Positions 1 to 9,997 of a stretch of DNA of 64,000 nucleotides are shown one piece after another. The translations under genes were made by a program, and so were the position numbers. The notes below the pieces were generated by a model, which ran no database searches, had not been told where the DNA came from, and saw only the letters and a list, made by a program, of their open reading frames with translations. Numbering within the stretch: position 1 is the stretch's first letter; each line of letters begins with the position of its first letter. The DNA is from an uncultured Thermoleophilia bacterium (GTDB lineage: Bacteria; Actinomycetota; Thermoleophilia; UBA2241): assembly GCA_963702475.1 (NCBI GenBank), contig CAVPCT010000009.1, positions 96,001 through 160,000 on the forward strand, written 5' to 3'.

Positions 1-594
1 AGCGCCGGCGCCGACATCGACGAGTTCCCCACGCGCCTGCTCACCGACGCCGTCATCTACAAGGCGCGTCGCCGGCCGCACGAGGCCATCCGCACGCTGC
101 CGAAACCGGTGATCGCCATGGTGAACGGCCTCGCCCTAGGCGGCGGCTGCGAGCTCGTCCTGGCCGCCGACCTGGCCATCGCCGCCGACACGGCCAGGTT
201 CGGCCAGCCCGAGATCCGCGTGGGCGTGATCCCGGGCTGCGGCGGCACGCAGGTGCTCCCTCGGCTCATGGGCGAGAAGCGCGCCAAGGAGTTCATCTTC
301 AGCGGCCGCATGATGGACGCCGACGAGGCCCTCAGCTACGGCATCATCAACAAGGTCGTGCCGGCGGTGGAGCTTCGCGAGGCCACCGAGAAGATGGTCG
401 GCGACCTGCTGCGCAACAGCCCCGCCATCCTCAAGATCGCCAAGCTGGCCGTCAACAAGTCGCTCGATCTGCCGCTGACGGTCGGCATGGACTACGAGCG
501 CGAGCTCTACGCCATGTGTTTCGGCACCGAGGACCAGAAGGAGGGCGCGCGGGCCTTCTTCGAGAAGAGGAAGCCCGAGTACACGGGACGATAA
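1..594 (+). CDS. Enoyl-CoA hydratase/isomerase (crotonase) family, 5' truncated by window edge
   Basis: Frame open from base 1 (SAGADIDEF); motifs AMVNGLALGGGCEL, FGQPEIRVGVIPGCGGTQ, C-terminal EGARAFFEKRKP. Confidence 0.93.
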   Translation, partial: SAGADIDEFPTRLLTDAVIYKARRRPHEAIRTLPKPVIAMVNGLALGGGCELVLAADLAIAADTARFGQPEIRVGVIPGCGGTQVLPRLMGEKRAKEFIFSGRMMDADEALSYGIINKVVPAVELREATEKMVGDLLRNSPAILKIAKLAVNKSLDLPLTVGMDYERELYAMCFGTEDQKEGARAFFEKRKPEYTGR

Positions 595-652
595 GCTAAC
601 TGCGGGAGAGCGGCGCGACGAGCGCGCCGCGCCGCGACGCAGGGGGGCGGGG

Positions 653-1501
653 ATGGCGAACGAGGGCGCGGCCGGCGGACGGCGCCGCGCGGGGCAGGCC
701 GGTGAGTCGCACCGGCGCGAGCGCGGCGACGCCAGTGTCGTCCGTACGCTGGCCACAGGGATGGCCCTGCTCGGCCTGTTCGACGCGGAGCACCGCGTGT
801 GGAGCCTGGATGCCATGGTGGACCGCCTCGGGGTGTCGCGTATCACGGCGTACCGCATGGCCAGGACCCTGCAGGGCAGCGGACACCTCGTGAGCGACCC
901 CAGCGTCGGCGGCTACCGCCTGGGGCCGGCCATGCTCGCCGGCATCTACCTCGCCGAGGGCTTCGAGCAGCTGGTCGAGGTGGCCCGGCCGTACCTGGAG
1001 GCGCTCAAGCAGGAGACCGGCGAGCTGGCCGCCATCGCGGTGGAGCTGGACGGGGTCGCCGTGTGCGCCGACCTGGTCGTCTCCTCCCGCCCCTACGTGC
1101 TGGAGATCGCCGTCGGGCGCGTCATCGGCGACACCGCCAACGCCCACGGCAAGATGTTCGCCGCCATGAAGCCGGAGGCCGAGCGGTCGCGCGTCGTGAA
1201 AAAACGTCACCCACGGCTCACGCCCCACACCATCACCGGCCCGGCGGAGCTCGCGGCCGAGTTCGAGCGCATCAGGCGTGAGGGACTGGCGTGGGACGTC
1301 GAGGAGCACGATCTGGGCACCTGCGCCGTCGTGGCCCCGGTGCGCAACCAGACGGGCGAGGTCATCGCCACGCTCGGCGTCGTCGTCCCGGCGGGCAGGT
1401 TCGGCCCCGAGGCGCGGGAGGCGTGCGCGGCGGCGGTGAAGGCGTCCGCGACGGCGCTCTCGGAGTTCTACGGGTACTCCACACGGCCGCCGGAGCCCTG
1501 A
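653..1501 (+). CDS. IclR family transcriptional regulator
   Basis: N-terminal HTH (VRTLATGMALLGLF..SRITAYRMARTL..YRLGP); C-terminal HGK..LTPHTIT..RIRREG..EEHDLG..VAPVR. Confidence 0.92.
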   Translation: MANEGAAGGRRRAGQAGESHRRERGDASVVRTLATGMALLGLFDAEHRVWSLDAMVDRLGVSRITAYRMARTLQGSGHLVSDPSVGGYRLGPAMLAGIYLAEGFEQLVEVARPYLEALKQETGELAAIAVELDGVAVCADLVVSSRPYVLEIAVGRVIGDTANAHGKMFAAMKPEAERSRVVKKRHPRLTPHTITGPAELAAEFERIRREGLAWDVEEHDLGTCAVVAPVRNQTGEVIATLGVVVPAGRFGPEAREACAAAVKASATALSEFYGYSTRPPEP

Positions 1502-1540
1502 TCGCAGGCGCCGCCCCGGCATCCAACGAAATCCACTTGT

Positions 1541-1555
1541 CACTATACGATAGTG
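1541..1555. promoter_or_regulatory. Palindrome CACTAT-acg-ATAGTG, candidate operator
   Basis: Perfect 6-bp AT-rich inverted repeat between the IclR gene and the aminotransferase start. Confidence 0.4.
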
Positions 1556-1623
1556 CGGTATCATGTCCGCACCTCGGCCCACCGGCACGGGCCCGTCAGG
1601 CACCGTCAGATCAGGGAGACCTC

Positions 1624-3012
1624 ATGAGCAGCAACGATGCACGCGAAGCGGAACTGATGCAGCTGTCCTGGCCGGACGCCCCCAGCATGGTGACCGAGGT
1701 CCCCGGGCCCAGGGTCGCGGCGCTCATGGAGGAGTCCGCGAAGTACGAGTCCTTCACGCGCGGCGGCGGCGGCTTCCCCGTCATCCTCGAGCAGGGCAAA
1801 GGGGTCACGGTCAAGGACGCCGACGGCAACCTGTACATCGATATGGCCGCCGGCGTGGCCGTCAACGCCGTGGGGCGGGCGCACCCCAGGGTGCTCGACG
1901 CCATCCGCCGCCAGTGCGACGTCATCATGCACACCACCGACATCACCAACCCCAAGCGCCTCGAGCTGGCCAAGAAGGTCTCGTCGGTGATGCCCGAGGG
2001 TCTGGCAGGCAAGTGCCACACGGCCGTGTACCAGGCGGGTTCGGACGCGGTCGAGACGGCCATCAAGTTCGCCCGCGCGTACACCGGACGCTCGCAGATG
2101 GTCGCCTTCCACGGCGCCTACCACGGGGTGTGGATGGGCACGGCGGCGCTGACGACCTCGTACAACTACCGCCACGGGTGGGGCCCGATGATGCCGGGCG
2201 TCATCCACCTGCCGTACGCCTACTGCTACCGCTGCCCGTTCGGCATGGAGTACCCCGCCTGCGACGTGCAGTGCGGCAAGTACGTCGACCAGGTCCTCAA
2301 CGGGCCGTACACCGGCGCCGACGACGTCGCTGCGGTCATCGTCGAGGCGCAGCAGGGGGAGGGCGGCTACGTCGACCCGCCGCCGGCGTTCCTCGAGGCC
2401 ATCAAGGCGGCCTGTGAGAAGAACGGCTGCCTCTACATCGCCGACGAGGTGCAGGCCGGCGCCGGCCGCACCGGCAAGATGTGGGCCGTCCAGCACTCGT
2501 CTGTCGTCCCCGACATGCTCACGTGGGGCAAGGGCATGGGCGGCGACATGCCCATGGCCGGGGTCACCTACCGCGCCGAGATGGAGGAGGCTCTGCGCGA
2601 GGGCTCGCAGCCGTCCACCTTCGCCGGCAATGCCATGGGGTGCGAGGTCGCGATGACCAACATCGACATCATCACCGACCCCAAGGCCGACCTCATCGGC
2701 CGCGCGGCCTCCTTGGGCGCCGAGATCAAGGGCCTGTTCACCGACGCCATGGCCGACGTCAAGTGCATCGGCGACGTGCGCGGCAACGGCCTCATGATCG
2801 GCATCGAGGTCGTCGCCGACCGCGCGACGAAGGAGCCTCTCGCCGGCGAGAAGGTCGGCGAGATCACCTTCAGGCTGCTCAACTCCGGCATCCTCATGAC
2901 GCCGTGCGGGCGCCACGCCAACGTGTTCCGCTTCATGCCGCCGCTCACGATCCCGCGCGACTACGCGATGACGGCGAGCGAGATCATGCTCGGCATCCTC
3001 AAGGACTACTGA
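1624..3012 (+). CDS. Class III PLP aminotransferase (4-aminobutyrate aminotransferase-like)
   Basis: DADGNLYID, GSDAVETAIK, FHGAYHG, EAQQGEGG, IADEVQAGAGRTG, WGKGMGG (PLP Lys); ATG after GGGAG. Confidence 0.92.
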   Translation: MSSNDAREAELMQLSWPDAPSMVTEVPGPRVAALMEESAKYESFTRGGGGFPVILEQGKGVTVKDADGNLYIDMAAGVAVNAVGRAHPRVLDAIRRQCDVIMHTTDITNPKRLELAKKVSSVMPEGLAGKCHTAVYQAGSDAVETAIKFARAYTGRSQMVAFHGAYHGVWMGTAALTTSYNYRHGWGPMMPGVIHLPYAYCYRCPFGMEYPACDVQCGKYVDQVLNGPYTGADDVAAVIVEAQQGEGGYVDPPPAFLEAIKAACEKNGCLYIADEVQAGAGRTGKMWAVQHSSVVPDMLTWGKGMGGDMPMAGVTYRAEMEEALREGSQPSTFAGNAMGCEVAMTNIDIITDPKADLIGRAASLGAEIKGLFTDAMADVKCIGDVRGNGLMIGIEVVADRATKEPLAGEKVGEITFRLLNSGILMTPCGRHANVFRFMPPLTIPRDYAMTASEIMLGILKDY

Positions 3013-3103
3013 GCCAGGCCGACGGGCGCACCACGGGCGGCGGGGCGTGAGGGGGCGCTCCGCCGCCCTTTCCGCCCACCGGCACCGCGAGGGGGAGGAC
3101 GGC

Positions 3104-3922
3104 GTGGACGACGCGCTGCGTTTCATCCAGGTCGGCGAGCTGGTCAAGGGCATCAGCGAGGGGACGCTGGCGCCCGACGAGCTGCTCGCCGGCTCGACCT
3201 TGAGCCTGCACGCCGAGGACGGGAGCGTCACACGCCTCACCTTCGGCGCCGGCGGGCGCCTGGTGTGGGAGGTCACGGACGGTCCCGGCGCGGGGGCGCG
3301 TGGGGAGGAGACGTGCCGCATCACGCGGCCGCGGCCCGACGTGGTCGTCGTCGACTACGTGAGCGCGACGCAGCGGGCCACGTCTGTCACCGTCGTGCTC
3401 GACATGGACCGGGCGGCGGCCACCACCGTGGTCGGCATCCTGCCGACCGCGGCGCGGGCCGCCGTCGGCGCCTTCGAACTGGCGACGGCGGGCGAGGAGC
3501 TCACCTCCGTCGCCGTCACCTTCGTGCGCAGCGCCATCGGCCGGCCGTTCGACGCCGCTTCGCACCCGCACGTACCCACCGCCGGTCTCGTCGGCAAGCG
3601 CGTGGAGTACGTGTACAGCCGCACCGAGAAGTACGAGCACATCTACCTGAACGAGGACCTGTACACGTGGCAGTGCCTCGACGGCAGTGAGAAGGGGCTC
3701 GCCGACACCGACCGCTGTCACTACCGCCTGATCGGCGACGAGCTCTACCTGTTCGTGTGGCGCGAGAAGATCGTCCCCACACTCGGCGTGGTGCTCGTGG
3801 ACTGGCGCGCCAAGGTCTCGAACGGCAAGCTGTTCGGCTACGAGGGCGGCGACTTCGGCGCCCTCTCCACTACGCCCATCTCGTCACAGGCCACGCTGCT
3901 GAACGTCACGACCTATGTCTGA
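3104..3922 (+). CDS. MoaF-family protein (two beta-barrel domains)
   Basis: YEHIYLN..YTWQCLDGSEKGLADTDRC..LYLFVWREKIVPTLGVV resembles the MoaF C-terminal signature; GTG after GGAGG. Confidence 0.75.
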   Translation: MDDALRFIQVGELVKGISEGTLAPDELLAGSTLSLHAEDGSVTRLTFGAGGRLVWEVTDGPGAGARGEETCRITRPRPDVVVVDYVSATQRATSVTVVLDMDRAAATTVVGILPTAARAAVGAFELATAGEELTSVAVTFVRSAIGRPFDAASHPHVPTAGLVGKRVEYVYSRTEKYEHIYLNEDLYTWQCLDGSEKGLADTDRCHYRLIGDELYLFVWREKIVPTLGVVLVDWRAKVSNGKLFGYEGGDFGALSTTPISSQATLLNVTTYV

Positions 3923-4021
3923 GACCGGCCTGGCGGCCTCAGCAGCTCGCCGCGGAGGCGGCGGATACCGCACGCGCAGGCGGCGCCTCGCGTCGCTCTC
4001 GGCAGACCCACCGCTCCGCGC

Positions 4022-4050
4022 TTGTCAGCCCATACATCGTGGGGTATTTT
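4022..4050 (+). promoter_or_regulatory. Putative sigma70-type promoter TTGTCA-N17-TATTTT
   Basis: Near-consensus -35/-10 with 17-bp spacer, about 280 bp upstream of the SBP start. Confidence 0.4.
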
Positions 4051-4330
4051 CCTGGTTCAGCTGTTTGCACTAGCGGCGGCGAGCTTACTGGACGCGTTGG
4101 CCGGTGGTTCGCATCCCGGGGCCGAGGCAGCGGACCGGACGGACGAAAGGAGCGACACCAGGGGGAACGTCAGCCTCACGGTCGCGCGAAGGTCCTGTCA
4201 TTCCAGAGGGTGGCGAGGGGACCGTCCGTCGGCAGTCGAACGACCGGCATCCGTTCGCCGTGAGGCGCCGCAGTCGATCCGCACAACGAGCACACTCTCC
4301 GCACAGCTTTTCCACAGGGGGACTGAGACT

Positions 4331-5563
4331 ATGCAGAGGAAAGTCACGTTCATCGTCCTTGCGCTGGTGCTGGCGCTGGCCTTCGCGTCGGCGTTGGCCG
4401 CGTGCGGCTCCGATTCCGGGGACACCGGCGCGCGCGAGGAGTCGGGGTCGCCCGCTCCGGCGGCCACCGGCGAACCCATCAAGATCGGCTTCGACGAAGG
4501 CTTCACCGGGTTCATGGCGGTCGACGCCGACATGACCGACAAGGGCATCGAGCTCGCCCTCGAGCAGCTCGGCAACCAGATCGCCGGCCGGCCGGTGGAG
4601 TACATCAAGGCCGACAACGCCTCCGACCCCGTCCAGGCGGTCGACAAGGCCAGGCAGCTCGTCGAGAGCGACGGCATCGACGTCATGATCGGGCCGATCT
4701 TCTCGCCGGCCAACGCGGCCGTCACCGACTACCTGGCGAAGAACGGCGGTATCCCCTCCATCTCCATCTACGGGCAGCCGATCGACAACATGAAGACCGC
4801 CAACGGCCTCTCCTTCGTGCCCAGCGGCCTGTTCTCGTTCGCCGGCTACCTCACCGGCAAATACGCGGCCGAAGAGATGGGCTGGAAGACCGCCAACTGC
4901 ATCAACTACGAAGACACGGCCGGGCGGCAGCTGCAGGAGGGCTTCAACCACGGCTTCGAGGAGGCCGGCGGCGAGATCCTGAGCACGCAGTTCGTGCCCA
5001 TCGACGCCGTCGACTTCAGCTCCTACATCACCAGCATCAAGGACGCCGACTGCACCTACTGGTGGATCTTCGGCAACGGCGCGGCGCCGTTCGTGAAGCA
5101 GTACAAGGACTACGGCCTCACCGCGCCGCTCATCACGGCCATGGCCAGCAACCTCACCGAGCCGCAGCTGGCCGACCTGGGCGACAACGCCCTCGGTCTC
5201 ATCGGCGGGGAGTTCTACACGCCCGAGATCGACAACGAGATCAACAAGGAGTTCGTCGAGGCCTACAAGGCTAAGTACGACGGCCAGTACCCGACCATGC
5301 AGAGCTTCGGCGCCTGGCTGGCGGTCAACCTGTTCGCGGGGGCCGTGGAGCAGCTGGGCGGCGACACGACGCCGGCCAAGCTCATCGAGGCCATGTCGAG
5401 CGTCACCATCGACACGCCGGCCGGCCCATACACGATGAGTGCGTACGAGGACATGTTCGTCGGCACCGGCAACTACTACATGATGGAGACCAAGCAGGTG
5501 GGCGACCGCATCGCGTGGGTGCCGGTCTTCACCTACGAGGGTCTGCTGCACGAGCAGAAGTGA
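4331..5563 (+). CDS. ABC transporter substrate-binding lipoprotein (LivJ/K-like)
   Basis: Lipobox LAAC; PIKIG, IAGRPVE..D, A..KARQLVE.D..D..IGP; precedes Liv-type permeases. Confidence 0.9.
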   Translation: MQRKVTFIVLALVLALAFASALAACGSDSGDTGAREESGSPAPAATGEPIKIGFDEGFTGFMAVDADMTDKGIELALEQLGNQIAGRPVEYIKADNASDPVQAVDKARQLVESDGIDVMIGPIFSPANAAVTDYLAKNGGIPSISIYGQPIDNMKTANGLSFVPSGLFSFAGYLTGKYAAEEMGWKTANCINYEDTAGRQLQEGFNHGFEEAGGEILSTQFVPIDAVDFSSYITSIKDADCTYWWIFGNGAAPFVKQYKDYGLTAPLITAMASNLTEPQLADLGDNALGLIGGEFYTPEIDNEINKEFVEAYKAKYDGQYPTMQSFGAWLAVNLFAGAVEQLGGDTTPAKLIEAMSSVTIDTPAGPYTMSAYEDMFVGTGNYYMMETKQVGDRIAWVPVFTYEGLLHEQK

Positions 5564-5601
5564 CCCGTCCGGCTCTCGCAGGGCGAGTCTGAGACGGACG
5601 T

Positions 5602-5638
5602 GGAGGGGGCCCGCGGCCACTGGCCGCGGGCCCCCTCC
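5602..5638. terminator. 18-bp perfect inverted repeat downstream of SBP
   Basis: GGAGGGGGCCCGCGGCCA-c-TGGCCGCGGGCCCCCTCC; no U-tract, so terminator or mRNA-stabilising hairpin. Confidence 0.6.
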
Positions 5639-5828
5639 GCATCACCGTCCCGCACGCGCCTCTGCTGTGTGACGTCATCAGCGTGATCACGCAGCGCGCC
5701 TCGGCGTGTCAAATGCGTAACGTGGATATCACGAACGCACAGAGTCGCACAGGCACGGTTTCGCCGTCATCCGGGGGTGTCGTCCGGGGGGGCGGGATGC
5801 GGGCATGCGAACTGCTCTTGCCAGGTCG

Positions 5829-5844
5829 TGATATCGGTATATCA
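5829..5844. promoter_or_regulatory. Palindrome TGATAT-cggt-ATATCA, candidate operator
   Basis: Perfect 6-bp AT-rich inverted repeat in the ~460-bp gap before the permease. Confidence 0.35.
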
Positions 5845-6025
5845 TTTCCCGCAACAGGCACCCGTCCGGGGGGTGTCGCCTCACCGGGTCCGGAGAGGTG
5901 GCACGAGGCACCGCGACCGCCGGCAGCGTCAGGGAGGTGGGACACAAGCGCGACGAGCTCCATCGTGAACACCGGCGCGCTGCCGGACCGCTGCTGAAGT
6001 GCTTCTGTCAACGCTAGGGGGGCGT

Positions 6026-6886
6026 GTGAGCACATTCACCATCACGACGCTGAACGGCGTCTCATACGCGTTCATCCTGTTCCTTCTGGCCGCGGGGTTC
6101 TCCCTGACCTTCGGCGTGATGGGTGTCCTGAACCTCGCGCACGGCGCCCTGTACATGATGGGCGCGTACTTCGGCCTCGCCATCGTGAGCAGGCTCGACA
6201 CCTTCTGGCTCGGCGTGGTCGTCGCGGCCGCCGGCACGGGGCTCATCGGCCTCGGCATCTACTACTTCTTCCTCCGTCACCTGTACGGCAAGGTGCCCGA
6301 GCAGGCGGTGCTGACCATCGGCCTGGGGTACGCCTTCGCGAACATGGTCCTCTGGATCTGGGGGCCGTTCGCGAAGATGGGCATGACGCCCGAGCTGTTC
6401 ACCGGCGTGGTGCGCATCGGCCACCTCGCCTTCCCGATCTACCGTCTGGCCATCGTCGGCATCGGCCTCGCCCTGCTCATCGTGCTCTGGTGGATGCAGG
6501 ACAAGACGCGCGTGGGCGCCATCATCCGCGCCGGCATGGACAACAAGGAGATGACCCGCAGCCTGGGCATCAACTACGGGCTGGTGAGCACCCTGGTGTT
6601 TCTGTTCGGCGCCGCGCTGGCCGGCTTCGCCGGCATCCTCGGCGCCCCCATCCTCGGCGCCTTTCCCTCCATGGGCGACGCGCTCCTGCTGCTCACCCTC
6701 ATGGTCGTGGTCGTCGGGGGCACCGGCTACATCCAGGGCACCATGCTGGGCGCCCTGATCATCGGGCTGCTCGACACCTACGGCAAGGCGTACGTGCCGC
6801 AGGCGGCCCTGTTCACGTCCTACGTGGTCTTTCTCGTCGTCCTGCTCATCCGCCCGAGCGGCCTGATCGGGCGGAAGGTCTTCTGA
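6026..6886 (+). CDS. Branched-chain amino acid-type ABC permease (LivH-like)
   Basis: GFSLTFGVMGVLNLAHG, TRVGAIIRA, VVVVGGTG, RPSGL. Confidence 0.92.
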   Translation: MSTFTITTLNGVSYAFILFLLAAGFSLTFGVMGVLNLAHGALYMMGAYFGLAIVSRLDTFWLGVVVAAAGTGLIGLGIYYFFLRHLYGKVPEQAVLTIGLGYAFANMVLWIWGPFAKMGMTPELFTGVVRIGHLAFPIYRLAIVGIGLALLIVLWWMQDKTRVGAIIRAGMDNKEMTRSLGINYGLVSTLVFLFGAALAGFAGILGAPILGAFPSMGDALLLLTLMVVVVGGTGYIQGTMLGALIIGLLDTYGKAYVPQAALFTSYVVFLVVLLIRPSGLIGRKVF

Positions 6887-7953
6887 TGGCCGTGCAGGTC
6901 AGGCCGGGCCCCTTCACGGGCCGCCTCTTCGCGCGCAAGGCCGTCGCCGCCCCCGCGGAGCAGAGCGGGGCGCGGGCCTGGGCGCTCAAGCTGCTGCCGC
7001 TGGTGATACTCGTCGCGCTCATGCTCCTCCTGCCCACGTTCGTGCCCTCGTACATCCAGAGTCTCATCACCAAGATGATGATCTTCGCGCTCTTTGGCGT
7101 GAGCATGAACATCCTCTGGGGCTACGCCGGCATCCCGACCTTCGGCCACGCCGCCTACTTCGGCTTCGGCGGCTACGCCTGCGGCATCCTCATCGTGCAC
7201 GGCGGCGTCGCCAGCTTCTGGCTCAACCTGGTGCTGGTCGTCGTGTTCACGGGCCTGCTTGCCGCCGGCCTCGGTATCCCGGCCTTCCGCGTGTACGGCG
7301 TCGGGGCGTCCGACAACCCGATCTACTTCCTGCTGGTCACCCTGGCCTTCGGGGAGCTCATGGTGCGCGTGGCGATCGCCGCGCGCTCGCTCACCGGCGG
7401 GTCCACGGGTTTGGCAGGCATCCCGTATCCGCAGGATGTGTTCCCCGGGGTCACCATCAACTCGCGGAGCTTCTACTTCCTCGTGCTGCTGGTCGTGGCC
7501 GTCTGTCTCGTCCTCATCTACAGGCTGGTCAACTCGCACTACGGGTACGCCCTGCGGGGCATCCACGACAACGAGCGCCGCATGCAGGCCCTGGGTTACA
7601 ACACGTGGCTGTACAAGTGGACGTCGTACATCATCGCCGGCGCGTTCGGCGGCATCGCCGGCGCCCTCTTCGCCTACTTCGGGGGGGTGATGGTGCCGGG
7701 CAACATGGGCATGGCGATGACCGACATCGTGTTCCTCATCGTCATCATCGGCAGCGCCTCCATCTACTTCGGCCCCATCGTCGGCGCCGTCCTCGTGGTC
7801 GGCGTCGAGTACCTGGCCAGCGTGTACGTGCCGGACCGCTGGCCGCTCATCATGGGCGCCCTCATCGTGTTCGTCATCATGATCATCCCGCAGGGTGTCG
7901 GCGTGCTGCTGCTGAACCTGTGGAGGAGGGTCTCTCATGGCACCGATTCTTGA
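6886..7953 (+). CDS. Branched-chain amino acid-type ABC permease (LivM-like)
   Basis: GYAGIPTFGHAAYFG, YFLLVTLAF, TGGSTGL, IHDNERRMQALG; TGATG coupling. Confidence 0.92.
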   Translation: MAVQVRPGPFTGRLFARKAVAAPAEQSGARAWALKLLPLVILVALMLLLPTFVPSYIQSLITKMMIFALFGVSMNILWGYAGIPTFGHAAYFGFGGYACGILIVHGGVASFWLNLVLVVVFTGLLAAGLGIPAFRVYGVGASDNPIYFLLVTLAFGELMVRVAIAARSLTGGSTGLAGIPYPQDVFPGVTINSRSFYFLVLLVVAVCLVLIYRLVNSHYGYALRGIHDNERRMQALGYNTWLYKWTSYIIAGAFGGIAGALFAYFGGVMVPGNMGMAMTDIVFLIVIIGSASIYFGPIVGAVLVVGVEYLASVYVPDRWPLIMGALIVFVIMIIPQGVGVLLLNLWRRVSHGTDS

Positions 7954-8703
7954 GGTACAGGACCTCTCCGTGCACTTCGGCGGCCTGGCGGCCGTCAAGG
8001 ACGTCACCTTCACCGTCGAGGAGGGCGAGCGCCTGGCCATGATCGGCCCCAACGGGGCCGGCAAGACCACGCTGTTCAACCTGCTCACCGGACAGCTCAA
8101 GCCGTCGGGCGGCAAGGTGCTGTTCAAGGGGCAGGACATCACCCACAAGCCCGTGTTCGCGCGCACCCAGCTCGGCATCGCGCGCTCGTTCCAGATCACC
8201 AGTCTGTTCCCCAACGAGACAGTGCGCGTCAACGCGCTCATCGCGCTGCAGGGCACGCGCAAGGGGCGTTACGGCGTGCTCGGGGCACGTTCCGGAAGGA
8301 CAAGCACTTGCGCGCAGCCGCCCAGGAGCTCCTCGAGTCCATCGAACTGTGGGACAAGCGCAACGAGTTCGTCAGCTCGCTCGCCTACGGCGAGCAGCGC
8401 AAGCTCGAGATGGGGCTCAGCCTGGCCAGCGCCCCGGAGCTGCTGCTCCTGGACGAGCCCAGCTGCGGGCTCACGCCCACCGAGAGCGCCGACATCACGG
8501 AGCGCATCCGGCAGCTCGGCAAGAAGATCACCGTGCTGATGATCGCCCACGACATGGACCTCGTGTTCGGCGTGGCCGAACGCATCATCCTGCTGCACTT
8601 CGGCGAGATCTCGTGCGAGGGCACCTGCGAGGAGATCCGCGCCAACCAGACCGTCAAGGACATCTACATGGGCTCGCACAAGGCGAGCACCGCGGGGAAC
8701 TGA
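7937..8703 (+). CDS. ABC ATPase (LivG-like), frameshift near 8280-8290
   Basis: Walker A GPNGAGKTT in 7937..8539; LAYGEQRKLE, LLLLDEP, AHDM in 8308..8703. Confidence 0.88.
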
Positions 8704-8705
8704 CG

Positions 8706-9413
8706 ATGCTGGTCATCAACGACATCCACACCTGGTACGGCGACAGCTACGTGCTCCAGGGCGTCGACATGGAGGTCAAGGACGGAAGCGTGGTCGCGCT
8801 GCTGGGCCGGAACGGCATGGGCAAGACCACCACGATCCGCTCCATCATCGGGCTCACGCCGCCGCGCAAAGGCAGCATCACGTTCAACGGCAAGGAGCTC
8901 GTCGGCCTGGCGCCGGAGCGCATCGCCCGAGCCGGCATCGGCCTGGTGCCGCAGGGGCGCATGATCTTTCCGTCGCTGTCGGTGACCGAGAACCTCACGA
9001 TGGCCGCGCGCACCGGCGACAAGAAGGACCCGTGGACGCTGGAGAAGGTGTACGAGACCTTTCCTCGCCTCAAGGAGCGCGGCAGGAACAAGGGCAACCT
9101 GCTGAGCGGCGGCGAGCAGCAGATGCTCACCATCGCCCGGGCCCTGATGACCAACCCGGACCTCATGATGCTCGACGAACCCTCGGAAGGGCTCGCACCC
9201 ATCGTGGTCCAGGAGGTCTACCGCGTCATCGAGAGGCTCAAGGCCGCCGGGCAGTCCATCCTCCTCGTGGAGCAGGACTTCGGCATGGCCATGAGCGTGG
9301 CCGACCACGCCTACATCATGAGCAAGGGATCGATCGTCTACGACTCCGCGCCGCAGGACCTGATCGAGAACGAGGCGGTGAAGGAGCAGTACCTCGGCGT
9401 GGGGGGGGAATGA
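8706..9413 (+). CDS. ABC ATPase (LivF-like)
   Basis: GRNGMGKTT, LSGGEQQML, MLDEPSEGLAP, LLVEQ. Confidence 0.93.
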   Translation: MLVINDIHTWYGDSYVLQGVDMEVKDGSVVALLGRNGMGKTTTIRSIIGLTPPRKGSITFNGKELVGLAPERIARAGIGLVPQGRMIFPSLSVTENLTMAARTGDKKDPWTLEKVYETFPRLKERGRNKGNLLSGGEQQMLTIARALMTNPDLMMLDEPSEGLAPIVVQEVYRVIERLKAAGQSILLVEQDFGMAMSVADHAYIMSKGSIVYDSAPQDLIENEAVKEQYLGVGGE

Positions 9414-9903
9414 CCGACGCAGCGGGATCATCGACGGGTGCACCGAAGGGACACCCGTCAATGACCCGGTACGGCACGTACGTGATCTCCGACCCCAAGC
9501 TGGTACACGACCTCGCGCACCACGACTACAGCTGCGTGAGCGGGTTCACGTACCCGGACCCGGTGTACCTGGACGCCGACCTCTGCCCGGAGGCCGGCAC
9601 CTGGCTCGACATCGTCTGGGTGTGGGAGAGGACCCTGCCGCGGGAGCTGCCCGGCCTGCACGCGCACCCCTTTCCCGGAGATCGTCCTCCTCGTCGGCTC
9701 TGACCCGCACGACCTCGACGACCTCGGCGGCGGTGGTGTCCTGGGGGATGGGGGAGGGCGCAGAGGCGGAGACGTTCACGCTCACGAAGACCACGGCGAT
9801 CTACGTGCCGGCCGGGCTGGCGCACGGCCCGCTGGTGTACGAGCGCGTCGACAGGCCGATCCTGAACATCGCCATCGGCTTGGGGAGCGGCGCCTACGGG
9901 TGA
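9410..9903 (+). CDS. Hypothetical cupin-like protein, frameshifted near 9670-9740
   Basis: Joined frames give HAHPFxEIVLLVGSDPHDLDDLGG..TTAIYVPAGLAHGPL (cupin-like HxH..E and PxGxxH motifs). Confidence 0.55.
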
Positions 9904-9997
9904 GCCGAAAGACGACGGGCGGCGGAGGCGCAGCGCCCCCGCCGCCCGGGCCGGCCATGGGGCGGCGCCACCGCCGGCGCCGCCCGCCTCCGGCGGG

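Noticed and set aside
5750-5915. GGCAC motifs as sigma54 promoters
   Set aside because: The GG-N10-GC spacing and TTGC element are not satisfied.
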